Shown: positions 39,491-64,000 of the stretch, piece by piece
Position numbering within the stretch: position 1 is the first letter of the stretch
Layout of the letters: each line of letters starts with the position of its first letter
Source of the DNA: Octopus bimaculoides
Lineage: Eukaryota
DNA length: 64,000 nucleotides
Direction of reading: 5' to 3'
Assembly: GCF_001194135.2 (NCBI RefSeq)
Contig: NC_068983.1
Location: 157,296,720 to 157,360,719 of the forward strand
Notes under the pieces: model-generated
Databases searched by the model: none
Told to the model about the DNA's origin: nothing
Seen by the model: only the letters and a program-made list of their open reading frames with translations
Made by a program: the position numbers and the translations under genes

Positions 39491-42034
39491 TTACGATTCA
39501 ACGTCAGATCTTTCAGAAGGTAGATCTTCAGAGGAGAGTAGATCAGTTGATGGCAACAGCATAGGCATTCTCATGGTGCACAAAGGGTCAGTAACATAAC
39601 CATTTTTATCAACTTGCGTTAATGGAAAACGTCTTCGAAGTTCTTCTGTTTGAGCTCCACTATTTCTTGAGGCTTCCATTTCCCAACGAGTTCTCATAGC
39701 AGTTACATGACCAGTTAGTGGAGGAGTTGAACGTCCTTCATTTTCAGAGTCTTCAGAAAGTGAATTAAATTCTGAGATAGGATCATTTGTAATGGTATTT
39801 CCATTACTTATTAACATCACAGCTTGGGATTGTCTACATTCTTCTAAAATAGGAACTATATTTTTGAAATCAGGTCTCTCTTCGGCATTGGCATGCCATC
39901 CTTTTTGTAAGATTCCAATAATAGGTTTTGGAAAAGTGATAGCAATAGGAGGCCTAGTATGATGATATGCCATTTCGGCAGCAGTGGCAGCTGGTTTAAG
40001 ATGTGCAAATGGCATTTCACCTGCTAATAATTCCCAGAGACATAAAGAATAACTAAACATATCTGCTCTAATGCTATACTTTGTACACTGGGTAAATATT
40101 TCAGGAGCCATCCAGCGTAGATTTCCAGGTTGCTTTGTCATATTATCTTCTTCATCAGATCTTAAAAAACGCGATTCTCCAAAATCAGCAACAACAGCAT
40201 GGCAATCTTCTTCTAAGAGAATATTATGACTATTAAGATCTCGATGGATAATGGGTTGTGGCAAATTATGTAAATACTCCATCCCTTTGGCAACATCTAC
40301 TGCAATTGTCAGTTTAGTGTGCATATCTATTAGACGTTTTTGTTCATGTAACAAACTGAAAAGAGATCCACCCGATACAAATCGTGTAACAATGGCAAAT
40401 TGACTAGGATCATCTAAACACGCACCAACAAAATGTATAACATATGGGCTATCTAATCTTGCCAAAATTGATACTTCCCGACAAAACATGTCTACATCAG
40501 ATTTTGAACCAAATGAGCTTGCACGATATCTTTTAATAGCAACAACTTTACCTTGGCACTTACCCTTAAATACTTTTCCAAAAGAACCACTTCCAATAGT
40601 TTCTTGAGATTCAAGGTCTGTAATTTGTAAATGGAAGTAATGTGGTAGAGTAGCTCTCAATTGGAGAACATCAATTTTTTCTCTGGTAACACTACGGAGT
40701 TTTCCTATAGGTGAAGGGACAGATACATAACTGCCATCACCTCCAGGTTGAGTGTAGTCCCCACAAGCAGATTCATCTTGAGGTCGTTTGTGATGTTTCA
40801 ATAATGTGACAATTGAATCATGACCTTTTTCATATGCCCACATTAGTGCTGTTTGTTCCTCTTTCTTTTCACTACCACCATTTTGATCACTGACTGATGC
40901 GACCAAATTAACATCAGCTCCACTTTCTAAAAGAAAATGAACAACTCGTAAATGTCCATGGTAACAGGCACTGTGTAAAGCAGTATGTCCATCTTTTCCT
41001 TGATAATTAATATCAACATTTTGTTGTTCAAGTAAAAATTTTATTAATTCTATGCTTTTTCCTGTTGTACAAGCAGCATGTAGTGGTGTTTCACTGAAGA
41101 TGTTCTCAATATTAAAACTTGCAGACCCAGTGTGTAACGTCAACGCCTTACAGATTTCCAATTTACAATAATAACAAGCCAAATGTAATGGTGTATCTCC
41201 ATAAATATTAGTGATATGTGTATCAGCTTTATGTTCTAGTAGTAAACTTAAAATCTGAAGGTTTCCTGCTTTACAGCAAAAATGTACAGGACGATGTTCT
41301 TCATCATCTTTTACATTCACATCTACTTTTTGGTCAGATGTGCCTTGAAGGAGCAACTGTGTAATTCTGAGGTAACCTTTCGCACAAGCTAAGTGAAGAG
41401 GGCGATCACCAACACCTCCACTGATATTTATGTTAGCACCATTTGTAATAAGACTTTCAACCATTTTATCATGACCAAAAAAACTTGCAATATGTAAAGG
41501 AGAAAATTTGACAGCATCGCCGGAATTGATGCGAGCTCCATGTTCCAGTAATATCTGAGCAATTTCAAGATGCCCACACATAGCTGTAATATGAAGAGCT
41601 GTCATTCCACTGTTGCCAGTTACATTGACATCAATGTTTGCCTCACATAAAGCGACCACTGTTTCTACGTCACCTTTATAAGTAGCTAGATGAAGAGCCG
41701 AAAACTGGTTCTTGGTGAGATAAATAGCTTTTATTCCTTGTTGTAAAAAATAGTTTATAAGTTCTTTTGAATCAGTCCCTGCTCCACTAATACAACAAAT
41801 GTGCAATAAAGTATGTCCAGTGTCAGTCTTCTCATTGACATTATCTTCATTTAAAAGTTCTTTCACTCCAGCAACATCAGAGCGACTGCATGCCAGCTGT
41901 AACTCTGACCATTCGGAATCCCGAGGCCGAAGGTCTTCTATAGCTTTAGAACGAAACAGTGAATAGCTTTCACTAATTTTTTTCTTAAGTTCATCAGCAC
42001 ATGAAATTGTTGGCCGAGATTTATAATTACCCAT
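39491..42034 (-). CDS. TNNI3K: Serine/threonine-protein kinase TNNI3K (ankyrin repeats + TKL kinase domain), 847 aa, intronless CDS
   Basis: Uninterrupted ORF. The ATG at 42034 gives MGNYKSRP, matching the vertebrate TNNI3K N-terminus; the track's TTG start at 42067 adds a poly-T-derived extension. It has about 10 ankyrin repeats ([35 protein letters not shown]) and kinase motifs [23 protein letters not shown] and WMAPE. The linker [12 protein letters not shown] is family-diagnostic. Confidence 0.97.
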   Translation of the reverse strand: MGNYKSRPTISCADELKKKISESYSLFRSKAIEDLRPRDSEWSELQLACSRSDVAGVKELLNEDNVNEKTDTGHTLLHICCISGAGTDSKELINYFLQQGIKAIYLTKNQFSALHLATYKGDVETVVALCEANIDVNVTGNSGMTALHITAMCGHLEIAQILLEHGARINSGDAVKFSPLHIASFFGHDKMVESLITNGANINISGGVGDRPLHLACAKGYLRITQLLLQGTSDQKVDVNVKDDEEHRPVHFCCKAGNLQILSLLLEHKADTHITNIYGDTPLHLACYYCKLEICKALTLHTGSASFNIENIFSETPLHAACTTGKSIELIKFLLEQQNVDINYQGKDGHTALHSACYHGHLRVVHFLLESGADVNLVASVSDQNGGSEKKEEQTALMWAYEKGHDSIVTLLKHHKRPQDESACGDYTQPGGDGSYVSVPSPIGKLRSVTREKIDVLQLRATLPHYFHLQITDLESQETIGSGSFGKVFKGKCQGKVVAIKRYRASSFGSKSDVDMFCREVSILARLDSPYVIHFVGACLDDPSQFAIVTRFVSGGSLFSLLHEQKRLIDMHTKLTIAVDVAKGMEYLHNLPQPIIHRDLNSHNILLEEDCHAVVADFGESRFLRSDEEDNMTKQPGNLRWMAPEIFTQCTKYSIRADMFSYSLCLWELLAGEMPFAHLKPAATAAEMAYHHTRPPIAITFPKPIIGILQKGWHANAEERPDFKNIVPILEECRQSQAVMLISNGNTITNDPISEFNSLSEDSENEGRSTPPLTGHVTAMRTRWEMEASRNSGAQTEELRRRFPLTQVDKNGYVTDPLCTMRMPMLLPSTDLLSSEDLPSERSDVES

Positions 42035-42525
42035 TTCAGAAAGAAAAAAAAAAAAAATGTTTTTCAAGAATTCTTTTAAAGCTCAGTGAAATATTTTATT
42101 ATAACAGTCGAGGTAATGGTATGATGATTTAAATAGACTAATTTCAACATACTGTGGGAAAAACATTAATTTGTAGGCATTAACGCGAGTAAATATTTTC
42201 TCGATAAGAGCAAGCGACATTATAAAATTAACTTTTCTTGTACACCACTGATTGAATTTAAAACAATTTTTCTTTTAGGTAACATCAAAGCCCAACAATC
42301 AAATGAAATGTGTTGCCCTCGCAGACCATTGAATAAGGTCGTAAGGATTATTACGGTTTCCTAAAAACATCCTCAAACGAATATGTCGCAATGAAAAGTG
42401 CCACAAAGTATAACAAACGCAAAATATCACCAGTGCAATAAGAAAGTGCTAAATCGAATAGCATGCAAATATCAATAGTAAAAACCTTTCAACTTCGATA
42501 AATATTTTCTTTCGGATATTTGTTG

Positions 42526-42586
42526 CTGTGAAAAAAAAAAATAATAAGTAATGTATGGAAGTCTAAAAGTGCATCAAAATATTTAC
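42526..42586 (-). other. Probable 61-nt intron in the TNNI3K 5' UTR
   Basis: On the minus strand: AAG|GTAAAT donor at 42586 and a T-rich tract ending in cacag acceptor at 42526. Confidence 0.45.
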
Positions 42587-43051
42587 CTTAGCCTCACTTT
42601 GAGTAGAACAACATGAAAAAAACCAAAAAAAAACAGATATTGTAAATGTATATCATAGTTTCTATTTCGATGCTTCAAAGTTCTTAATTTATGTAATTCG
42701 TTAAATCAACTGTGAAAACATTAAGAATGTAGAATTATATATTATTAAAATAATACTGTTATTATTTTTTTGTTTCACAAGAACCTATTCGTGTTACAAC
42801 CTACTATAAAGTTATATTACTTGTTTGCATCATTCCTTTCACTGTAAAATGAAGAAATTGAAGTAAAAGTTAAGTAAAAAGTAAAAAAAAGAAAGACACT
42901 TCTGATATAATACAAATTATTCCACTGTATTCTTCATTGCATTCTTCCTGTATAATTTCTTAGCGGTTACGTTTGGTGACGGACATGGATTGAGATCTCA
43001 ATGTAGGTTTCTCAAGAGGTATTGTATTTGGTCTTGCCAAAATGTTGAAAC

Positions 43052-43095
<44 letters not shown>

Positions 43096-43519
43096 NNNNN
43101 NNNNNNNNNNNNNNNNNNNNNNNNNNNNNNNNNNNNNNNNNNNNNNNNNNNNNNNNNNNNNNNNNNNNNNNNNNNNNNNNNNNNNNNNNNNNNNNNNNNN
43201 NNNNNNNNNNNNNNNNNNNACTAGATGGCTACACCAGGCTCCAATCTGATTTGGCAGAATTTCTACAGCTGGATGCCCTTCCTAACGCCAACCACTCCGA
43301 GAGTATAGTGGGTGCTTTTACGTGCCACTGGCACGAAGGCCAGTCAGGCGGTACTGGCAACGGCCACGCTCAATGACTTTTCATGTGCCACCGGCACAAG
43401 TGCCAGGAAGGCGACGCTGGTAACGATCACGCTCAAGCGGTGGTGCCATCACGATTTCGCTTTCGCTTGCCCCAACAGGTCTTCACAAGCAGAGTTTAGT
43501 GTCCAGTGAAAGAGACATT

Positions 43520-44515
43520 GGCATGGGGGCCAGTCGTCAAATTTAGATTTCACTTGCCTCAACAAGTCTTCGCAAGCAGAGTTTAGTGTCCAATGAAGGA
43601 AAGGTACACATAAGTGGGCTGGCTACATCCCTGGCAGAGGCCTTGGATTTTGGTCTCACTTGGCTTACTGGGTCTTCTCACGCACAGCATATTTCCAAAG
43701 GTCTCGGTCACAAGTCATTGCTTTGGTGAAGTCTAATGTTTGAAGGTCGTGCTTCACCACCTCATTCCTGGTCTTCCTGGGTCTACCTCTTCCTCAGGTT
43801 CCCTCAACTGCTAGGGTGTGGCACTTTTTCACACAGCTATCCTCATCCAGGGACCTTCTCTTTGTGGTTGGTGACTTCAATGAGCATGTTGGACAACATC
43901 CAAGGAGCTACCATGGTGTACATGGTGGCAATGGATTTGGTTCCCACAATGAGGAGGGGACCAGGCTGCTGGAGTTATGTGATGCAAATGATCTTATGAT
44001 CTGTAATACTAACTTCAGGAAACCTGCCAGTCACCTGTTCACCTACCAGTCAGGTGGGCACACTTGTCAGATTGATTACATTCTCACCAGGAAACGGGAA
44101 AGATGGCTACTTATAAATGCCAAAACTTTCTCAGGCGAAGAATGCACTCCATAACATAGGTGAGTAGTTAGCGAATTTAGGATCAGGGCTAAATGGCTGC
44201 CCAGAAGACAACGAGCATGGAAAAGAAGGGTCTGAAAGCTTAAGGATCTTCTGAATGGACAGAGATTTAGAGACGTATTACTTGAAGCTTTTGATGAAAA
44301 AGAGGAGGATATAGCACCACATAATGTGGTGGACAACTAGAGATTCCTACGGGACAACCTGTTGAAGGCTGCTGACTGGATCTGTGGCATGTGCAAAATC
44401 CCCTCTTGACCTAAGGTAACGTGGTGGTGGAATAATGTTGTTGACAGGGCCATTAGGGAAAAGAAATAGGCATGGAAGTGTGGTGGTAGCAGGGAACAGT
44501 ATCAGATCACCAGAA
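43520..44515. mobile_element. RTE LINE fragments joined in opposite orientation (3' part on minus 43520-43848; endonuclease part on plus 43849-44515)
   Basis: Plus-strand DLLFVVGDFNEHVG...GTRLLELCDANDLMICNTNF...QIDYIL (AP endonuclease) is fused directly to a minus-strand RTE C-terminus. Confidence 0.8.
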
Positions 44516-45137
44516 TATAATTCAAAGATTATGAAAAAGGCAGGTTACGGTTTCTATTTCTTATTACATATTTTTTGTACAATTAGTGTTACAGAATTGC
44601 AAAGTTAAAGTTTTGTAGAAGAGGTCTCCATTCACAATTGTTTTATCTATGCTTATGATTGTATTAGTTTGGATAGATCTAAAAGTGCTGCTGTGGGTAG
44701 TAAACTTTCTGTTGCTATACAACTAATTATGCAGATCTTTATGGTACAGTGTGATCTGAACACTAAAATTACAACGGTTACTGTGCCACTGACATTTAGA
44801 TAACTAATCTATCAATTTTGGTGTCCTCAGTAAACTTTTCAAAAGCTATATAAACAACTCATAATTCACTAGTTCTTATCATTGAAAAATCAAAGACATT
44901 ACACTGTTGCAACAGTGTCTAACTGAAATTTTAATACTCTTTCCAAATTTCTAATATCACCTCTACCTTTGTCTACTTGCTTATTGCCAATCACTCCTTT
45001 TCTCCTCAACCATCTCTATATATACCCCTGTCCTCTTCCCATCATATTCTTGTTCTCTTCACCCTCCTACCCATTCTGGTCCTTCTCATGTCATTGTTCT
45101 TTCTCTTCAACTCCCCACTCCGCCTGGTCACCAGTGC

Positions 45138-45420
45138 AATGTACATCATCATCATCATCATCATCATCGTTTAACGTCCGCTTTCCATGCTAGCATGGGT
45201 TGGACGATTTGACTGAGGACTGGTGAAACCGGATGGCAACACCAGGCTTCAGTCTAATTTGGCAGAGTTTCTACAGCTGGATGCCCTTCCTAACGTCAAC
45301 CACTCAGAGAGTGTAGTGGGTGCTTTTACGTGTCACCCGCACGAAAACGGCCACGCTCGAAATGATGTCTTTTATGTGCCACCCGCACAAGCCAGTCCAG
45401 GGGCACTGGCAACGATCTCG
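45138..45420 (-). mobile_element. (GAT)n-tailed SINE-like repeat
   Basis: Near-identical to the 57040 and 62394 copies. Confidence 0.8.
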
Positions 45421-48400
45421 TTCTTATTTATTGAGTACTCTCTATCCCTACATCTACTTACTTATCTTCAGTCCATCTCTCTAATACCCATTTGTAGCCT
45501 TTCTCTTGTAATTGTTCCCTTTCCAAATTTATATTGACTGTTTACAAGCCCCCACCCAACTGTTTACACTTAGTTAGCTAAATGAGCATAGAAAGTGTAG
45601 TGCTATGATGTCCCTCTACTTCTGTCTCAGTAAGTGTTATTTAACCTTTCTAGCATTGGTTTCATGAGAAAATGCACTCAATACACTGTAATGCAGTCGA
45701 GATCAGGAAAGCATCTAGCCATAGAAAACAAACCAAATGATTCATATAAGCACTTAGAATTTGTGATCAGTAGCTCCAAATAGGAGACAACTCAGACTGT
45801 GACAACTTATCTAATCCATGTCAGTATGGAAAACAGACATATAATAACAATGATGATGATGATGACTGCAACAAAATCTCAACAATTTAGTCACTTTGGC
45901 TAATAGGTTATTTTCTGAAGGTGCCACTGAAAACAGCATGTCATCGTGACATGCAAAAATAGTAGTGATAATGGATGGGATTAACTGATGTAAGAAACGC
46001 CTGTGTGTGGACTACTAATAAACAGTTAGCTTAGATAAAATAAATAGGCTATCTGCATACAGATTGTTTGGTTTCACTTTAACATGTAGTCTATCTGGCA
46101 GTTTACATCTTAGCATAAGCTCTAAATCCTAACCCAGATCAGGTCATTCCACAGCAAAACTTTGGATACTGTCATAGATTGCACACTAAAATAACACCTG
46201 TTATTCTCAATCTTCAATCTTAAGAAAGTATATCATCAAATACTTCTGCTGGAGTCTGACAGAAAATACACAGCATTTGAAGCAAATGGCAAATTTTCTC
46301 TATTTTATTATTTCATTTGGTGTTACTATTCCCAGAAACTATTTGCAGAACTGTGGTAGAAGACAGCTTGAAAGATAACCTATCCCTATGTTCAAGACAA
46401 TTAAAACAAAGCCAAACATAATTAGAATGCTATGCCACTTCAATTTAAAGAGACAAGTTGAAATTGCATAATAACCACTAGAACGCTTGTGTGTGGGCAG
46501 AGAGGAAAATTGGCTGATGGATGCAATAGTGTTTATTATGCTAATGCAGTGTTTCTCATAGTGATAGTCCCCTCTTTTGATGGGATGCAAAAGAGCTGAT
46601 AAATTGCTTTTTTAAATAAAATTGAGATGGTTTTAAACTTTTCAGACTTGTCCAACACTATGGAGAAGGAAGAAGAATTATATGGATGCAAACTATTTTG
46701 TTTTCACATTCATAAAGAAGGATATTAAAAACATTTCCCTAATATTTGTTAGGAGGTGGGATATTTATAAGTTCGATAAAAACTGTATTGGGTATTCTTT
46801 ATTTCTGTTGGGTGAGTGCCATTATACCAAAAGCCAAGGGAGTAGTTAATTAAAAACTGGAATTTTGAAAGGAATAAAAAACTTTTAGAGGCGTAATTTC
46901 TGTATTATTTGTTCACCTTTGACTATATTGTATAATGTGTTCTTCTTTATACATACTGTTTGAGGGAGACTGAGACCTATCATGGTAACTCTAAGTGTCG
47001 TCTGCTAGTTGTAGATTAGCATGCATCCACGCATGCGCAATTGAAATGGACGAGTCCAAAAACTTCTGGAAGGTTGGTGTTGGATGTCCGTATACAGAAA
47101 GCCGGGAGGGAAGGTGAATAACAAAAAAAATTGAAAAAAAAAAAAAATTTCACAATCGTAATTATATTTTAATACTTATAGGGGAAAAAAATGGAAAAAG
47201 TTAAAACAAGGGATTATGTTGGCATAATTGTAATTTTCGTTGCTGAAAATGCAGTAATTTGAAAAAATTAATGGATGGGATGACAATCTGACACGGCTAG
47301 CAAACCATTCGCAGAAGGAAAATCAAGCTTAGAACGTAATATATCGGAAATTGAGAAAAGAAAGAAAAAAAAAACAACAAAAAAACCAACTTTTTCATTG
47401 GGTGGAAAGATGAGTTTCGGAAAATTCACACGAGTTGGCTTTGTTTCGTCATACCGTTCAGAAAAATGGGGTATTTTTTAATGAAATTTTCTACAAAGGC
47501 CTTTCATTACAAACTATATCGGCATTTAGTGTGAAAAGAAAAATAGTGAACACACATTGTCAAGCATCGCAATTTTTTTTCGAAATTTCAAGTTTCTTTT
47601 TGTTGATATATGTAATGTGTGTTAGTTTGTGTGCAGGGCCCATCAATTTTTTTATTTTCATATTAAATTCCGAAAAATTGTTCGCCATATATCCCGATAC
47701 AATCAGAATCTACACCATCTAAAGCATATTTGTAAAAAATTTCATTAAAAAAATATTAATTTTTCTGGCAGTTATGAGCCAAAAAAATCGGGGGTGGGGT
47801 GGAACACATGTAGCAATGTTTAATTTATTTTTAGCTTGTAAAGAATAAGGGCTGCATCGATACAATTTTAAGGTCTGCTACATATGTGGGACGTAGCGGT
47901 GAATAGTAGAAGAGGTTAAATAATAGCCTAAACAATATTGACAATATACAATTCAACAGCCCTTTTTATTAGCAATAGATTTTCTTTTGCTAGCTTTTAT
48001 TCTCTTATTGTTTATCCTCGGTCAACTCTGACCCGACAGACCAAATTCCAATCGTAAACATCCCGTCTCCCCACTCCACCGATAGCCTATCTTAGTATCA
48101 CATTAACTAATGTGTCATTTTATATTTTTATAGACGGTTTGGTGTGATTCGAGGCAGATTTGGCTGCTATTTCTACAACGCGGAAGACCACATTGAGGCC
48201 TCCCCCGTTTATTATGAAGGGCTGTGTTCAAACTGTCAAAAGGAGAATTAATTTTTGTTTTTTTTAGTTAAGAAGACTATTTTCGGAATTGCCTTGTCAG
48301 GCACCCAAACATTAGAGCGAAAAACACCCAATTTTCACTAATTGTTCATGTACGGTACTTTTGGAAACTTCTAACTTCTCTAGTCGTAATATTCGAGTTT

Positions 48401-48844
48401 TCTTCAATGGTTACCGTTCAAATATCGTCATCTATGGTTTAGGGTCTTCCACAGCGACTGTCTTATAAGCTGAACTCACTTCTAAATTTTGTAAACCATC
48501 TTGGAACAGTTGATTCACCTACAACACAACCTCAACAAACGATTTTATACGTTTTCGCAGTATTTTCACCTTTTACAGAAGAAGAAAAGCATTATGTGAC
48601 GCATATGCAATTTTGGGTTATTTATTTCAAATGGCAATTAGGGCTGGTTTTTAATGTGGAACTGCAAGCAATTCTGAAATAAGTCATACCAAGATTATAT
48701 GATTGTTGCATTAAGGGCTTAAAGACACAAATTCTGAAATCGCTCAGAATTTTTGGACAATCTGATATATTTAATTTTCTTTTCTTTTTTTTTAACCTGC
48801 CGCTCGAAACTTCAGTTATATATTTCCTTCCCTTCGCGCATAGT

Positions 48845-49217
48845 TGTTGTTGGCACTCCGTCGCTTACGACGTCGAGGGTTCCAGTTGATCCGATCAACG
48901 GAACAGCCTGCTCGTGAAATTAACGTGCAAGTGGCTGAGTACTCCACAGACACGTGTACCCTTAACGTAGTTCTCGGGGATATTCAGCGTGAAACAGTGT
49001 GACAAGGCTGGCCCTTTGAAATACAGGTACAACAGAAACAGGAAGAAAGAGTGAGAGAAAGTTGTGGTGAAAGAGTACAGCAGGATTCGCCACCATCCCC
49101 TGCCGGAGCATCGTGGAGCTTTTAGGTGTTTTCGCTAAATAAACAGTCACAACGCCCGGTCTGGGAATCGAAACCGCGAGTCCGCTGCCCTAACCACTGG
49201 GCTATTGCGCCTCCACT
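48845..49217 (-). mobile_element. tRNA-derived SINE upstream of DYNC1H1
   Basis: Head GGCGCAATAGCCCAGTGGTTAGGGCAGCGG...GGTTTCGATTCC; body shared with an older plus-strand copy at about 60567-60840. Confidence 0.7.
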
Positions 49218-49299
49218 AGTACTATGCACAAATTGCATTCACTACCTTATACGCCGTATAAGAATAAATTAGTTTGCACAGACACATATATTGAACCAA

Positions 49300-49569
49300 T
49301 GAAATACCGTCTTTTGTAGAAAACGCTCATGCGCACTCAGCTACTTACTAACCGGATATGATGAGAGAATATTTTCTGGTGTCCTTTCGAATCTGGTGAT
49401 AACAGGTTACTTGTTGAGAAAGACACTTGCCACTCCCCATCGAACCAGTGAGTGGATTCAGTCGGAGAGTCATTTTCCTTCTGAAAAGAAGAAATTCCTG
49501 TGACTGTCCAATTGCTGAATAACTTGAAGAGATACTAGTCTGCGCAGTATCCTTTCCCCTTTGGGAAGG
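49300..49569. promoter_or_regulatory. DYNC1H1 promoter / 5' UTR, possibly bidirectional
   Basis: CpG-enriched, directly upstream of the dynein ATG. Contains an NRF1-like CATGCGCA and minus-strand donor-like sites (CCG|GTTAGT, TA|GTAAGT) at 49343-49353. Confidence 0.45.
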
Positions 49570-63713
<14,144 letters not shown>

Positions 63714-64000
63714 GTTTAACTTGGTTTTAATTTTATTTTGTGAATTTGAAAAATGTTGATTTTAAGATAAAAAAAAAATAATTGCATTTCTTTAAATGCA
63801 GAAGATAATGCAGTGGACGAAATATTTAAGCTAGTTTGTTGTGGTTTTGCAGATTTAAATTTTTTGTAGAAATTGTCAAATTTTATCTACCATGGATATG
63901 ATGTGCATAAAAAACAGTTTTGAGACACTTCAAACCTGCAATTGCTTATTGTTGCTTGTATTCTAGAAATCTCTGAGACTTGATCATAGTTCCTATGAGC

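Noticed and set aside
42035-42067. N-terminal extension [11 protein letters not shown] of the TNNI3K ORF
   Set aside because: TTG start across a poly-T tract; homology begins at the ATG at 42034.
42068-49569. FPGT upstream of TNNI3K as in the vertebrate FPGT-TNNI3K locus
   Set aside because: No FPGT-like coding sequence was recognised anywhere in the window.

Overview
AT-rich, repeat-dense eukaryotic genomic DNA from a gapped draft assembly with many N runs. The SINE and LINE families and microsatellite style point to an octopus or other coleoid cephalopod (inference). There are two clear protein genes, head-to-head with start codons about 7.5 kb apart. One is a complete TNNI3K (ankyrin-repeat TKL kinase, 847 aa) in a single uninterrupted minus-strand ORF (39491-42034). 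The other is the first 8 coding exons of cytoplasmic dynein 1 heavy chain (DYNC1H1) on the plus strand (49570-63713, continuing past the window). A possible small two-exon orphan gene with E2F-like promoter sites lies at 22809-23818 (minus). The rest is mostly decayed transposons (RTE LINEs, mariner, pogo, Helitron, piggyBac, hAT and Merlin-like MITEs), SINEs and microsatellites. The most unusual signal is a three-copy repeat family (5030-5075, 5357-5402, 37887-37932) that joins a tRNA-derived Pol III head to a minimal Penelope-type hammerhead ribozyme. Two of these copies sit head-to-head and form a perfect 78-bp palindrome.
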